The notes: a model not told the origin generated them from the sequence alone. Positions 39,218 to 53,009 are shown, counted from the stretch's first letter. The stretch is DNA of 64,000 bases from Squalus acanthias (GCA_030390025.1 JASTWF010000357.1:186001-250000), one strand, 5' to 3'. Numbers and translations: made by a program.

Positions 39218-40322
39218 ATGCCCTTTGAGAATGCTGCACTGGTCCTCGGTGCGATTTTGCTTCAGAGAATTGGAAACGCCAGGGAACAAGACAGACGGAG
39301 GAACCATCACCGTCTCCTGAGAAGGAGGATCTACTACCCACCCCAGAGAGTGTACAGGGAGAGGCTGCGCTTCAGTAAAGAGGCAATCGGCCGACTCTGT
39401 GACATGTTAAAGGAGTACCTTCAAACACGCTCGAAGACCATCACTGCCTTGTCAGTGAGCATGAAGGTAACCACAGCGCTGAACTTCTTTGCTAGTGGGT
39501 CATTTCAGGCAAGCACCGGTGACATTACCAACATCTCCAAGAATGCTGCGTGGGCCTGCATTCACCAGGTCACAGATGCCATTTTCCGTAGGGCTACAGA
39601 GTTCATTGACTTTCACTTGTCCACTCGCCATCAAAAGGAGATGGCCCTTGCATTTTATACCATTGCTGGATTCCCCAAAGTGATTGGGGCCATCGATGGA
39701 ACCGATGTTGCACTGAAGGCACCAGTGGATGCACCTGTGACATACATCAACAGGAAGGGATTTCATTCATTGAATGTCATGATAGTCTGTGATGCGCACC
39801 TCAGGATCCTAAATGTGAATGCAAATCACCGGGGAAGTAATCATGACTCCTTCGTCCTCCGTAACTCGAATTTATATGGCAACCCTCAGCGCATTGCCTC
39901 CAGGATCCGCATGGATATTGGGCGACAAGGGCTACCCGCTAAAAGCATGGCTGATGACTCACTTCCGCAAGACCAAGAATGAGGCTCAGGAGAAATACGA
40001 CCAGGCACACGTGTCCACACGGCAAGTGGTGGAGAGGACAATTGGAGTTCTGAAATCATGCTTCCGCTGCCTGGATAGGTCAGGGGGGACCTTGCAGTAT
40101 TCTCCTCTGAAAGTGGGAAGGATTGTGGTGGCCTGTTGTGCTTTGCATAACTTTGCCTTGCGGGAAGGACTGACCCTTAACCCTGCAGATGAGCTCCCTG
40201 CTGAAATGGAGGACATGGACGATGCCAATGTGCCTGTGGCCAGGCCTGATGGGGAGGAGCCAAGTGCTGCTGAAAGTAAGGCTGCTCGGGAACAGCTAGT
40301 AGCCAAAACCTTCACGAGGTAG
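39218..40322 (+). pseudogene. Harbinger DDE transposase (HARBI1-like), one frameshift near 39880
   Basis: [53 protein letters not shown]. Confidence 0.92.
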
Positions 40323-40749
40323 TGTCGCCTTGTACCTCCCCCTCCCCCAGCAAGGCAAAGAAAGGAACAGAAACAATTAAAAGTGTAACAGTGAACTTTT
40401 ATTGCAGCATCAAAGACTTTTGAGGTTCAGTTTTGATGTACATAGTTTATAACTTTTAAATGTTAACTAGCTATTTTCTACTTTTCAAACATTCGTAAAC
40501 ATAAATAGTTTAGAATAAAATTTGTGAAGAGTTTAAAGTGACTTTTTTGGTTTCTTAGTGCAATAAAGACATTCAAGATGGAAACTAACTATTTTCTAAA
40601 TATCAAACACTTGTAATTTTAATTTTTTAAAGACGTTGATCTTTTTCAAATGACTAGAGGATGTACTTTTTAAATGAAAAACTTACATACACTTTCAGTC
40701 ACAAATATATATTTCAATTAAAAATGCAATGAAAACATTTAACATTTAA

Positions 40750-42384
40750 ATAAAACGAAAAATTAAACAATTGAACGATTTGCCCCCTCGGATCTGTGCC
40801 TGAGGGTCAATGGATGTGCATTGTGGAAAAGGTGAGACCCTACTGTCTCCTGAGCTTTCCCGCTCCCCGTGACCGGAGCCCTGTGCTGCGAATTGAAAGG
40901 GCCCTGTTTGCCATCTATTGCCCTTCAGCAATTGCCTCCTGACAGGGTTGTTGTTGCTGCTGCTGCAAGGCAACATTTGCTTGCATCACGACTGACGGAG
41001 CAGCTGGCTCTTGGGCCCGCACTGTTTCTGCGCTGGGAGCAGGTAACGGCGGTTCTGCGGGAGTCAAAGTAATGGCAGCAGAAAGTGGTTCAAGCATGTG
41101 CAAGTGTCCAACGAGAGACTCATTTATTTGATTAAGTGAAATGCCAATATAATCAATTCCCTGCCTGATCGAGGCAAAAGAGTCAACTTTCTTCTCAGTA
41201 AGAGAACACATCGATTCCCTCAACCCTTCAATATGCTGCATCTGACCTTGTAAGTCATTCTGTTCTGTTGCATGTATTTCTGCTTCTCCCACATGCTCTG
41301 CAATATCAAGCTGGTGTCAGTCTCGCACAGAGGCAGAGGGGCCAGGAGATGGAGAGGTACTCTGCATCAACCCAGGTTCCATACCCTCCTCTTCCACTAT
41401 ATCAATAAGTTGCTCCTGCTCCTCCACCACCACCTCACTCACTGCTCCCATTGCCTCAACAACCCCTTCCCCAATGCCCTCTGCGGCTGCAGACTCAACG
41501 CACTGCTCATCCCGTGTGTGAGAAGTCTGCTGTGCACCTGTGGAAAGGAAATAGTAAACATTTGCAAAGGTAAAGCATGATCTGCCACATCACAGAAGCT
41601 GATATTCAACACACATCTAACATTTTTAAACATATAGCTGGCCAGAGCAACTCACGTTTATGTATACCAATGTCTATTTCTACACCAGCCAAGGGGCAAC
41701 CACGACTAAATCCAAACAGATGCTCGAACCTTTCCTCGTGTTCGGATAAAGCCCTTAACGTGACAACACCACCGCCTGTCAGTGCACGTTCTCTGGCGTT
41801 GTGAGCAGTTTTATTCTAAAATGGTAACAGAAAATATGAAATGTCATGAATGGTCAGCTTTCTCTGCAGATTACACCCACCTGCATGCCACAGCCTGCTT
41901 TGCAGAGGTTTTTTTTCACTAAATGAAATTTTACAACTCAAACCAGAGGAATCAAGATAAGAGCACAATGGATGACCCTGAGCTGGCCCCAAAGCCATAA
42001 AAATGTATGGCAAGCTCATGTGCCTGCAATGAAGTCACTTGAGTAAACAACCACATGCATCTATATTTTTAAAACTAGTTCAGTTAAATTTAAAGACATT
42101 TTACAGTTGACTTTTGCAATAACTATACAAACCTTGACAGATCGCAATAAATCACTGAATTTCTAGCGGCATTGTTCCAATGTCCGTGGAATGGTGGAGT
42201 TCGCGCTGACAGCCTGGGCAACTTCAGACCAAGCTAGCATCTGCCCTTCCCGTGGCGCCCTGGACTTCTCATTCCCAATGATCCGCAGGCGCTTCGCCTC
42301 AACCTCGTTGAGGAGTGTGCTGAGGTCATCATCACTGAAATTGTGAGTTCTCTTAAATATGTGAATTGTGTTCATTCCAGCCAT
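40750..42384 (-). pseudogene. Harbinger Myb/SANT-like gene, 3 exons (42384-42133, 41815-41668, 41537-~40750), premature stop
   Basis: FSDDDLSTLLNEV...WSEVAQAV...RTLEQCR*KFSDL; exon 2 HNARERALTGGG; GT-AG junctions. Confidence 0.8.
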
Positions 42385-42959
42385 TACACTTTGCTGATTA
42401 AATAAAATAAAATGAATGAATAAAATGCTTTCAGGGCTTTTAAAACTATTTAAATTACTTCAAATCTCTTTAAAACTGTTTAAAATTCTTCCAATTCATG
42501 TAAAAGTCTTTAAAAGTTTGTAAAAGTTAGCAAAACATTCATTAAAATACAAAGAGACAACTTACTATGCTGTTGTGCTTGTAGAAAAGGTTTCCAGCAT
42601 GTGAAAAAAATCGGGTGCGTGGCCTATGCAAATACGACTTAGGAGGGCGTGTCTTCACTGCCCTCCGCTCGGGAGGCTCCGCGCACGCTGCGCTCCTGGG
42701 CGGTGTGACATCAGACGCTGCCCGGGATGCTCTTCAAAAAATCCTAAATTCCTGTGGGCCAGAAGCAGAACGGCAGACGCGGTAGGTAAGTGCGCCTGCG
42801 ATCCTTGCACCCGCGGCAAGCCGGAGAGGCGAATTTCAGGTTGGTTGAACATTTGCAGACGTTCAGAAACAATTTCCAGTCATTACCGTCATATTATTGA
42901 GTTCCTTGTTTTTCCAAAAAGCAATTGAAAAATACCAACAACTTTGAATCAGTAACAAA

Positions 42960-44700
42960 TTGTTCATCGGTGATCTCGCCTGATTGAGCGAGAAACGCCA
43001 AGGAATGGGAGCACAGATTCAATGGGAAGGAGCTGAAGGGAGTGGATGGACAGCGAGCGATAGGGATCCAAATACTCAATTCCTAGAAAGTTCGTTTTCA
43101 GGTGGATAAATCTATGAAAAAAACTAACAGAAATTTGAGTTATAGGGACAGGGGCATAGATCAGAAGAATAATCAAGTGACGATGAATCTTTACAAAATG
43201 CTGGCGAGGCCACCGTTAGAACACCAGATACAACTTCGGTCCCTCATTGTGGAAAGGACCTTAAATCCACTGAGAAAGGGCAGTGTAGATGCACCAGGAT
43301 GGTGCCATGGATCATAAATATACTGATGATGAGGGACAAGATATTTGGTCAACTTACGCTGGAGCAGCAGAAGCTAAGAGTATTTTTAATAGAGCTTTTA
43401 AAAAGTATGAACAGTTTCGGCAGAGTGAAGAGGGTGGGATCAGTCCACCTAGTCGGTTAATCAGCGATACAGGGCGATCGACTTAAAATGGTCACAAAGG
43501 AAATGAGCAGAGAGGTTAGCAGAAACGACGTTATTCAAAGGGTTGCTGGAGCATGGAATGCTTTGCCTCAAGCAATAGTTAAGGGAAAATTAGATGAATA
43601 TTTGAAGCAGAGAAATCAAATGTCTGTGGAGAGAGTGGAAGAGAGTGCGGATAGTTTTTGATTGCTGTATCAAAGAACCCGGTACAGATAGAATGGGTGA
43701 TATGACCCACTCCCATCCAGTAACTATGGTTTTATACCTATGTTGGACTCATTATCATTTATTTTGTTTCTAAGATACCCTCATCCCCGTTGAGATTCGA
43801 TTAAATAAAACATTAAAAATAAACTGGTAGCAAGGAAGATCCCAGAGGTTCAATAGTCACCCTTCCCTTGCAGGTTCCCATTTGACGATAACCTACTTTC
43901 ATTTTGTAATGAGCTGTCTGTGCGGTGCCAGATCTCCCACCCATCCCATAATTCCTCACCGTTTGTAGATGTGAACCTTGTCCGCTGCTTCGTTAAAATC
44001 AGACTGGGTCATTCCAGCTGCATGTCCCCTGCCCTACAGGCCAGTGATGTGTTTCAGAAACTCCAGCAGGGTAGTTAAAGATGACACATCGCCCCTGAAA
44101 CCAATATAATTCCCTTTTACATTGCTCCTCTCCCAGGTGCTCACACTCTGAATCTCTCCTGGCCTTATTTTAAACACTGGGATTATTTCAGCTGCTGTCA
44201 GATCCTCAGGAATCTTCTCTAATTGTGGAAACTTGCAGCAGTGTCAGTAAACCGTCACTCCTGTCAGTTCCCATTCCTCGATCTCGCGGTGTCTGGGTCC
44301 CTGGAGATCAGATTCCCATTTTATGTGGTTAAACACTGTAACTACATTTAGAAACCGCTGTTGCAAGCACTCCTTCAATGAATCCCTTGTTTTCTACTAG
44401 AATATTTAACAAACGGCCTTTGCTAGTCCTTGCTATCTACCTGCTAGATTCGTTGGATAATTAAAAAGCTTTTTCTTAATCCTTAACACTGCTCCCGACA
44501 TAATGACTTGGAGCCCACTGTGCCTCCTATTATCTTTCAAATGGATGAATACATTTTTATTCCACCCCCACTAGCTCTTCCTCAACTACTTTCCGCTTGT
44601 CTGCTCCAGCGCTGGGATCTCCCAGACCTGCCCCACGGCCGCAATCTCACAAGCACAGCGGGCGAATTATCAGAAAATTATTGAAGCGCTCCCTCAGCTT
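42960..44700. mobile_element. Old degenerate CR1 fragments (both strands)
   Basis: NLYKMLARPPLEH-like remnants and decayed CR1 3' UTR. Confidence 0.55.
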
Positions 44701-44904
44701 TCATTCCATTCACATTAATGGGCGGGCAACATAAGCGGCCTAGAATCATAGAATCAGAAAGCACATAAGGAGGCCATGCGGCCTATAGTCTCTCACGCGG
44801 CTCTCTGAAATTTGTCCAACACCACTGCTCTTCCCCCACAGACCAGCAACCCTTTCCTGTTCAAGTAAATATCCAGTTCCCTTTTGAAGTTACTATTTTT
44901 ATAA

Positions 44905-45357
44905 GGGTGTGAGCAATGGCTCTGTGTTAGCATTCTCGACTCTGAATCAGATGGCAGTGGGTTAAAGTCCCGCTCCAGAGACTTGAACAAAAAATCTATG
45001 CTGACACTTCAGTGCAGCGCTGAGTGTGTGCTGCATTGTCGGAGCTGCCGTCTTTAGGATGGGACATTAAGCCAAGCTCTCAGCAAGACATAAAAGAGCC
45101 CACATCACTATTACGGAGAAGAGCAGGGGAGGTCTCCATAGTGTCCTGGACAATATTCATCCCTCAACCAGCAACACTAAAGCAGATTCAGTGGTCTTTA
45201 TCTCATTGCTCTTCTGAGATGTTGTTGTGCTCACATTGTCTGTCCCGCTTCCAACATTACAACAGTGTCCACACCTCAAAAATACTTATTTTGCCTTAAA
45301 GCGCTTTGTGACGTCCTGAGGTGGTGAACGGTGCTGTATACAGGCAAGTCTTTATTT
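44905..45357 (+). mobile_element. Deu-domain SINE (tRNA-like head, L2-type tail)
   Basis: gtgctgcattgtcggagctgccgtctttaggatg core; tail aaagcgctttgtgacgtcctgagg. Confidence 0.75.
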
Positions 45358-45559
45358 TGTTATTATTGAATTTGCTTCCATGACCCTTTCGGACAATTCA
45401 TTCCAGATCATAACAGTTCGCTATTTGATTAAAAAACTCATGAACTCCTCTCTGGTCCATTTGCCAATGACTTACTATTGATTATCAAGACGTGAATAAG
45501 TACACACCCTCGCCAGCCCTCACCTGATAACCTCACGTGTAACTCGGCGAGCTGTATGT

Positions 45560-46420
45560 TTAGTTTTTGAAATATCGAATGATTTTTGGTCAGTACTCCC
45601 AACCCCTGGATGCCAATAGACATTTGCATTTACATTCCGTGAACAACACTTATACTTGGAACTGTTGAACTCAGGGTTTCCACAACTCACCGTCTCTATT
45701 CCATCAGTTACTGAAGAAGGTGTTACAAAGGTTATGCTGACCGGTTCCCTGGTCGAGTTGGTAGAGGATATATTGCTCCTTACGGAAACTAATGAAGAGC
45801 ATTGCATCTTGCTCGGAGAATAATTGGTTCTATTATGGGATAGCGGGATTAAAGTAAAACCAAAGAATGCTGGGTTAGTACAGCCCACAGTCCAGTATCT
45901 AGGAGTGATTGTAGAACGTGGTGTACATAAGTTCAGAGAAGATAAATTAAAGGCCATAGGTCAAATCCGGTTCCCAGTTAAAATCGCCCCTGGGCCAGTG
46001 GTAAAAGTGAGGCACAGCAGCTAGCCCAGGAGTTTGAAAGAGCCCCAAAACTGTGGAATCCGCCACGTAAGCCTTCCAGGGCCAGGTAAATAAAGGTTGA
46101 AGTGAAACATTTCCCTTTAGCCCTTGCAAGGGTGCAGGGTGAGGTCCCTTTGATTAAATAAGTCCAGGCAGTCATATAAGATTAGGGCTCATGGCCCAAA
46201 GATGCCTTGAACAGAAAGGACAATTTTACAGCACAGGATAACTTTTAATTTAATCAGGGAAAATGGGTAGTCTCGCAGTCACCCCGTAATGAGCTCATCC
46301 ATTGGGCCCACAGCTCTATTGGACACCACAGGGTGACAGCCAGTTCAAAGGCTACTGCAACCGATGTGGTGGCCTTTTATGGATCAAAAGCTGAATGCCA
46401 TTATGAATGACTGTTCTGTG
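45560..46420 (+). mobile_element. Degenerate retroviral/LTR pol relic (RT + integrase Zn-finger)
   Basis: FAFTF..YTWNC..QGFHNSP, LVEDILL (YVDD-like), VQYLG; HWAHSSIGH...WWPFM...C. Confidence 0.65.
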
Positions 46421-46943
46421 TTTAGAAGAGTTTCCTAATTACACTCCTGAAAAGCCTGGCTCTAATATTTAGATTATGCTCCCTAGACCTAGAATCCCCA
46501 GCCTGCGGAAATAGCTTCTCTCTATCTACCTTATCTGTTCCTATTCATATCTTGAAAACGTAAATCAAATCACTGCTCAACCTTCTAAATTCTAGGCAAT
46601 ACAATCCTAATTTGTGTAATATTTCATCATAATTGAACCCTTGGTATCTGGGTATCATTTTGGTAAACCTTCGTTGCACTCCCTGCAAGGCCAACATATC
46701 CTTCTTAAGGTGTTGTGCCCAGAACTGCTCACAGTACTCCAGGTGTGGTCTAAACAGGTCTTCGTATAGCTGCAGCATAACTTCTACCCCTTGTATTCTT
46801 GACCTCTAGGCATAAATGCCAGTATGCTATTGGACTTTTTGATTATTTTCTTTTCATGTGCAAAATATTTGACTGATCTATCTGAGAGTGTAATGATGCA
46901 GGGCAACCAGTGAAGGTCCTTTGGTGACGCTGGTTCTACAGGA

Positions 46944-47004
46944 GCCCGGATAGCACAATTGGTAGAATATCAGACCTTGTAATCTAACAGTCCAGCGTAC
47001 AAGT
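46944..47004 (+). pseudogene. tRNA-Lys(TTT)-derived relic, 3' truncated
   Basis: gcccggatagcacaattggtagaatatcagac...gtccagcgtacaagt vs vertebrate GCCCGGATAGCTCAGTCGGTAGAGCATCAGAC. Confidence 0.7.
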
Positions 47005-47476
47005 AATCATCCCCCACATTCATGCAGTAACGTAAAACTCTGATTATTTAATAATGGCAACAGGAGTACTCCATTTAAGCCTTCGATTCTGTTCTGCCAT
47101 TCAATGCGATCTGTGACCAAACTCCCTTTGCACCAGATTCCTTAATATCTGTGGTTAACATCAATCAATCAAAGTTTAACAATTGACCCAACATTAGCTG
47201 CTGTTTGTGGAAGTGAGATACAAATTTCTACCACCCATTCCATGGAGAAGTCTTTCCTAATTTCACTCCTGCAAAGGCTTGGACCTAATTTGTAGGCGGT
47301 GTCCCCTAGTCCTAGACTCGCCAGTTATCGGAAATAGCTTCTCTCTATCTACCCTATCAGTTCCCCTTAATATCGTGAACACTTGAATCATATCATTCCT
47401 TAAGCTTCTAAATTCAAATGATTACAACCCTAGTTTTTTGTAAGCTCCCTTATGTAATTGAACCCTTGGACTCTAT

Positions 47477-48239
47477 GGCCCAGAAATTAGACTTCGATGG
47501 TTGCCGCGGGGGTAAGGATCGTGCGCGATCTTACCTACCGCACCTGCTTTTATGGTTCGGGCCCACACGAACTTCAGTTCCTGGGCCTCTCCCTGTTGCC
47601 GGCGCGCAGTGTGTGCGTGTCCCAGAGGCGCAGTTAGTTCGATGCGACCTCTGGGATCACGTGGGCCAGTTAGAGCCAATGGCAGCACACCATCTTTCAT
47701 TCATAGTTTTGACAGAAAGAGCTGTCAAAACTAGGAATACAACTTGCCCCCAAAAGAACAGCTAAACCTCAATTATTTTTTTTAAAACCATCACATTAAT
47801 AAAATAACTATAGTTAAATAAATTAACCACGTTAAACAAAAATTGAAATTTTTGAAAAAATTTAAATTCTTTTTAAAAGTTATAAAAATAAACTTACCTT
47901 TCTTTAAAGTCTCTAAAAAAGATAAACCTGTTGAAAAAAATGTAAAATAATACTTAATTAACTACTGACCTTGTTAAAAGGGGGTCTTACGCCTCCTTTT
48001 TTCATGTGTAAAATCTTCCACACTAACCTTCGCGTTGAAAACTGAAAAAAAGCTTAAGTGTGCTGCGTGCGCACAGCCTGTAGTGCGCACGCATTTCACT
48101 TAGGAACTGCCCCCTCCGCCATACCCGAAGTGCCGGTTTCCCGCGCATGCGCAGTGCATGCAGGAAACCGGCACTTCGGGACTGAACACGCGAGAGTACA
48201 CAATGCGTAATCTCCCGTATTCAGCCGAATTTTTGGGCC
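47477..48239. mobile_element. Harbinger-type MITE
   Basis: TIRs ggcccagaaatt / aatttttgggcc; TSD tat; similar to 28373-29111. Confidence 0.9.
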
Positions 48240-48489
48240 TATGTATCATTCTGGTAAATCTACGCTTCATTCTTTAATCCTAATACTACCTTCCAAAGGT
48301 GTAATGCCCATAAGTGAACACAGTATTCCAGGTGTGGTCTAAACAAGGCTTTGTATAGCTGCAGCTTAATTTCTCCCCCTTATATTGTAATCCTATAGAT
48401 ATAAATACCACCATTCAATTAGCCTTTTTGATTCGTTTATCTTCCTGTCCATGACAATTTAATGATAAATGTAGATGGCTATGTAAGTG

Positions 48490-48538
48490 GGCGCCGTGGT
48501 CAAGCGGTAAGGCGTCGGTCTTGTAAACCGAAGAGCGC
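48490..48538 (+). pseudogene. tRNA-Thr 5' two-thirds (Thr-CGT body, TGT at the anticodon)
   Basis: ggcgccgtggtcaagcggtaaggcgtcggtcttgtaaaccgaaga; no T arm. Confidence 0.75.
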
Positions 48539-48609
48539 AGCTATTTTTGAATAATTCAGGCGATGCTTTCCAAATGACACGTCCCTTGTCCAGCCGATCC
48601 ATTTTTACA

Positions 48610-49445
48610 GGACACAGAAGGCTAACAGACAAATGGCTGATGGAATTTAATACAGAGAAGTGTGAGGTGATGCATTTTGGCAGAAGGAACAGGGAAAGAC
48701 AATATACACTAAATGGCACAGTTCTAAAGAGTGTGCAGGGACAGAGGGACCTGTGAGTTAATGTGAATAGTTCCCTGAAGGTGGCAGGGCATAGAGAGAG
48801 TGGTTAACAAAGCATATGGGATCTTGGGCTTCATAAACAGAGGTATTGAGCACAAAAGTAGAGAAGTTATGCTGAACCTTTATAAAATGCTGGCGAGTCC
48901 ACAACTGGAGTATTGCGTCCAGTTCTGTTCACCACACTTTAGGAAGGATGTGAAGGCCATTGAGAGGGTGCAGATGAAATTTACTAGAATGTTTCCAGGG
49001 ATGGGGGATCTTAGCTACAAGGACAGGTTGGAGAAGCTGGTTTTGTTTTCATTAGAGCAAAGGAGGTTGAGGGGTGGTTTGTTAGAGATGTACAAGATTA
49101 TGACGGGTTTGGACAGGCTAGACGGAGAAAGGCTGTTCTCACTAGTTGATGGTACAAGGGCTAGGGTCACATATTTAAGGTTTTGGGCAAGGGATACAGG
49201 GGGGATGTGAGGAAAAAAAATGTTCGCAGCGAGTGGTGAAGACCTGGAATTCGCTGCCGATGGATGTGGTGGAAGTGGAGACACTCAATGTTTTCAAGGG
49301 GAGACTGGATAGGCATTTGAGGGAAATAAACTTGCAGGGCTACGGGGATAGAGCCGGGAAATGGGACTGACTGGATCGCTCTACAAAGAGCCAGCACGGA
49401 CTCGATGGGCCGAATGGCCTCCTTCTGAGCTGTTATGGCTCTGGC
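48610..49445 (+). mobile_element. CR1 3' fragment
   Basis: WLMEFNTEKCEVMHFG, PQLEYCVQF; tail gggccgaatggcctccttctg. Confidence 0.88.
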
Positions 49446-50089
49446 ATAGCATAAATTCTCCCCCTTATATTGTAATCCTATAGATATAAAGATCAGCATT
49501 CAATTAGCCTTTTTGTTTATTTTCTGTACCTGTCCATGACAATTTAATGATAAATGTACATGGACATTTAATTCTCTTTGGACATCCACTGGTTCCAGGT
49601 TTACTTCGTTTAGAATGTATTCTGATCTCTCTTTATCTACGCTTCACTCTTTAAGGCTAATACCTCCTACCTAATGTGTGGTGCCTGGAACTGAATACTG
49701 TCTAACCAGCACTTTGAATAGCTGCAGCATAACTTTTCCCCTGATACTGTAGTTCTCTAGATATAAATATCAGCATTGCATTAACCTTTTTTGATTATTT
49801 TCTGTACCTGTCCATGATATTTAATGACATATGTACATGGAACCTTAAGACTCTTTGGACCTCCACTGTTTCTAGCCTCTCACTGTTTATCACTCTGATC
49901 TATCTTATTTAGATCCAATGTCGATAATCTCACACTCACCTAGATTAAAAATCATTTGCACAGTTTTGTGCAGTCAGTTAATCTATTAATGTCTCTTTGT
50001 AATTTCATGCTTCCATCTACATTTTTTACAATGCCGCCTATCTTTGAGCCATCGGCAAACCTGGCTATCTGGTTTGGATCTGCGGCTTG

Positions 50090-51900
50090 TTAAGAAGATG
50101 GAAACCAATGGCATGAAGTGGAAAGTGGCGTATGGCTACAAAATATGCTCGGGGATAGGAAGCAAATGGTGGTCGTGGATGGATGTTTTTCAGACTTGGA
50201 GGTAGTTTGCTGTGCTGTTCACCAAGAGTCATTTTGGGTCCATTACTCAATTCATTTTTTATAAACAACATAGGCAGCAACATTACACATTTAGCAAATT
50301 ATACGAATCTTGGGAAATAAGTAGATTGTGATGAGGGTACTTACAGGCTTCAGGCTGACAGAACAAGGCGGGTGAAATGGGAAGAAGAACAGATGGAGTT
50401 CAATGCGGAGAAGTGTGAAGTGATGCACTTTGGGAGGACTACAATGGAAAGACAGTGTACTGTCAATGGTACAAAATAGAAAACTTTAAATGTGCAGAGG
50501 AACCTTGGTGTCCATACACACATCCTTAAATGTGGCAGGGCAGGTTGAAAAGTTGGTTAAAAATTACACGATTTAATTGGGTCTATAAATAATGGAATAT
50601 AATATAAAAGCAAAGCGATCATGCAGGAATTTTATAAATCACTGGTAAATCCTCAGCTGGAGTATTGTTGACAATTCTGGGCACCACACTTCAGGAAAGA
50701 TGTGAAGGCCTTAGAAAGGGAACTGAGGAGGTTTACCAGGATGTTAACAGGGATGAGGAACTTCAGTTATGAGGAGAGTTTGGAAAAGTTAGGACTGTTC
50801 TCCTTGGAACAGAGAATGTTAAGAGGAGCAAAGGCTATGGGCACCGACAATATCCCGGCTGTTGTGCTGATGACTTGTGTTACCAAACTAGCCGCGCCTG
50901 CAACCAAGCTGTTCCAGTACAGCTACAGCACTGGCATCTATCCGACAATGTTGAAAATTGCCCAGGTATGTCGTGTCCAAAAAAAGCAAGACAAATGAAG
51001 CAGTCCATAGCCGCATGCAACAAGACATGGACGACATTCAGCGTTGGGCTAATGAATGGCAGGTAACATTTGCGCCACACAAGTGCCAGGTAATGACTAT
51101 CTCCAACAAGCGAGAGTCTAACCACCGCCCCTTGACATTCAATGGCATTTCTATCGCCGAATCCCCCACCATCAACATCCTCGGGGTCACCATTGAGCAG
51201 AAACTTAACTGGACTATCCACATAAATACTGTGGCAACAAGAGCAGGTCAGATGCTAGGTATTCTGCGGCAAGTGTCTCAGCTCCTGACTCCCCAAAGCC
51301 TTTCCGGCATCAACAAGGCACAAGTTAGGAGTGTGATGGAATACTCTCCACTTGCCTGGATGAGTGCCTCTCCAACAACACTCAAGAAGCTCAACACCAT
51401 CCAGGGCAAAGCAGCCCGCTTGACTGGCACCCCATCCACCACCTTAAACATTCATTCCCTCCACCACCATCGTATCATCTACATGATGCACTGCAACAAC
51501 TCGCCAAGGCTTCTTCCACAGCAACTCCCAAACCCGCGACCTCTACGACCTAGAAGTACAAGAGCATCAGGCGCGTGGGAACAACACCACCTCCAAGTTC
51601 CCCTCCAAGTCACAGACCATCCTGACTTAGAAGTTTATCGCCGTTCCTTCATCGTCGCTGGGTCAAAATCCTTGGACTCCCTCCCTAACAGCACCTTCAC
51701 TACACGGATTGCAGCGGTTCAAGAATGCGGCTCACCACCACCTTTTCAAGGGCAGTTAGGGTTGGGCAATAAATGCTGGATTTGCCAGCGACGCCCAGAT
51801 CCAGTGAACGAATAAAAAAAACTAATGGAGTTTTACAAGATGATGTGTGGTTTGATGGAGAAAAACGATTCCCTCTGGCGAGTGGGTAAAGAACTAACGA
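50090..51900 (+). mobile_element. Old CR1 with a nested, internally deleted CR1/L2-group LINE (50830-51820)
   Basis: CR1 motifs to 50830; then KLFQYSYSTGIYP, WQVTFAPHKCQ, VRSVMEYSP and an A-rich tail. Confidence 0.8.
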
Positions 51901-53009
51901 TATTGGCGAGCTTTACATATCAGTAAATCCGCAGGCAATTCGTCGCATCAAAGACTAAGTTTTACGCCCAACGCTTAACTTCTCCCGATAGCTTGTTCGA
52001 CTCTCACCTCGGCAAAAGCATCGACTGAAGAGATTCTCAGTAAACTTCTTCACATTTGCAATCACATCAATTACAACGGAAGCTTCCCGATGCCGGTCTT
52101 CAATCCCGGGTTTTGATCCCACCAGATCTCCTCTCTGAACATAGCAACCTTTCTCCAGTCCCAGTTAGTGCAGTGATAATTCGAAGTCTGTCTCTCCACC
52201 TTCCTGCGATACTGCTGAATCATAGAAATGTTTAATATAAACATGATTAATCTTAATTAGTGAATATGTTACAGGAAAACGATGGGACTATTTTTGGGAG
52301 TGTAAATATATACAGTTTGAAAATATTTACAAATTGTTTGAGTTACTTACTTTAATAATGAATAGCTCCTTTGATTGACCCTATTTATAAAGGCTGTACT
52401 CACTCACAATATTTGCTGCCAACTCCGGTTCCGCCCACAGTAACACACCACTGATGGGGCATAACCAGGGGCGGTAAGCTGTCTCCAGGTGACATCACAA
52501 AGGAGACAGGAGACAGTCACACATCAGCCAGTAACGATGACACAAAGCAGCCAGAGCCCCTCCCCCTCGATGTGTTCCAGTGTCACATGACCATGCTCTG
52601 CTCCTGGTGCGCACTCTCACTGGGCATGAACACATGTTGTGCTATCACTCCTGTCTACGATCCCGCCCCCCATTTACTGTGACTCGAAGTAGGGAGCACA
52701 GCCTCCAGAATTACCCCTTACGCATTCTCCTTCCCATCATCCAAATGCGAAGTCCCACTATTTAATGGACCCCACGTCCAACACTTGTTTATAAATGTTA
52801 AAGTCCCCCTTCTCTCTATATCAGGCAGTGTGTCTCCCTTCTGCTTTGGCAGTGAGAGGCAGTTTGAGGTATTATTGCTGAGATGAGGCAGTGATATTAC
52901 AACCACCTCTGTGTTCTTAAAGTAGTCTACTCGCTTTAACAATAAGCAGCATCAGAGACAACATGTGGGGGGATCATCAGTTGTATCAAGTGGTTTAATC
53001 ATCGGGTTA

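Larger units (their letters stand above)
38446..42843. mobile_element. PIF/Harbinger DNA transposon (two convergent genes, inactivated)
   Basis: Left end gggccaaaaattcg; decayed right end cgaatttcagg; DDE transposase and Myb/SANT genes inside. Confidence 0.88.
46425..50060 (-). mobile_element. Cluster of minus-strand CR1 fragments, interrupted by a MITE, tRNA relics and a plus-strand CR1
   Basis: RPHLEYCEQFW (46545-46778) and repeated CR1 segments. Confidence 0.7.

Noticed and set aside
39218..40322. Domesticated HARBI1 gene
   Set aside because: Frameshifted, flanked by TIR-like ends and paired with a Myb/SANT ORF, so a transposon copy
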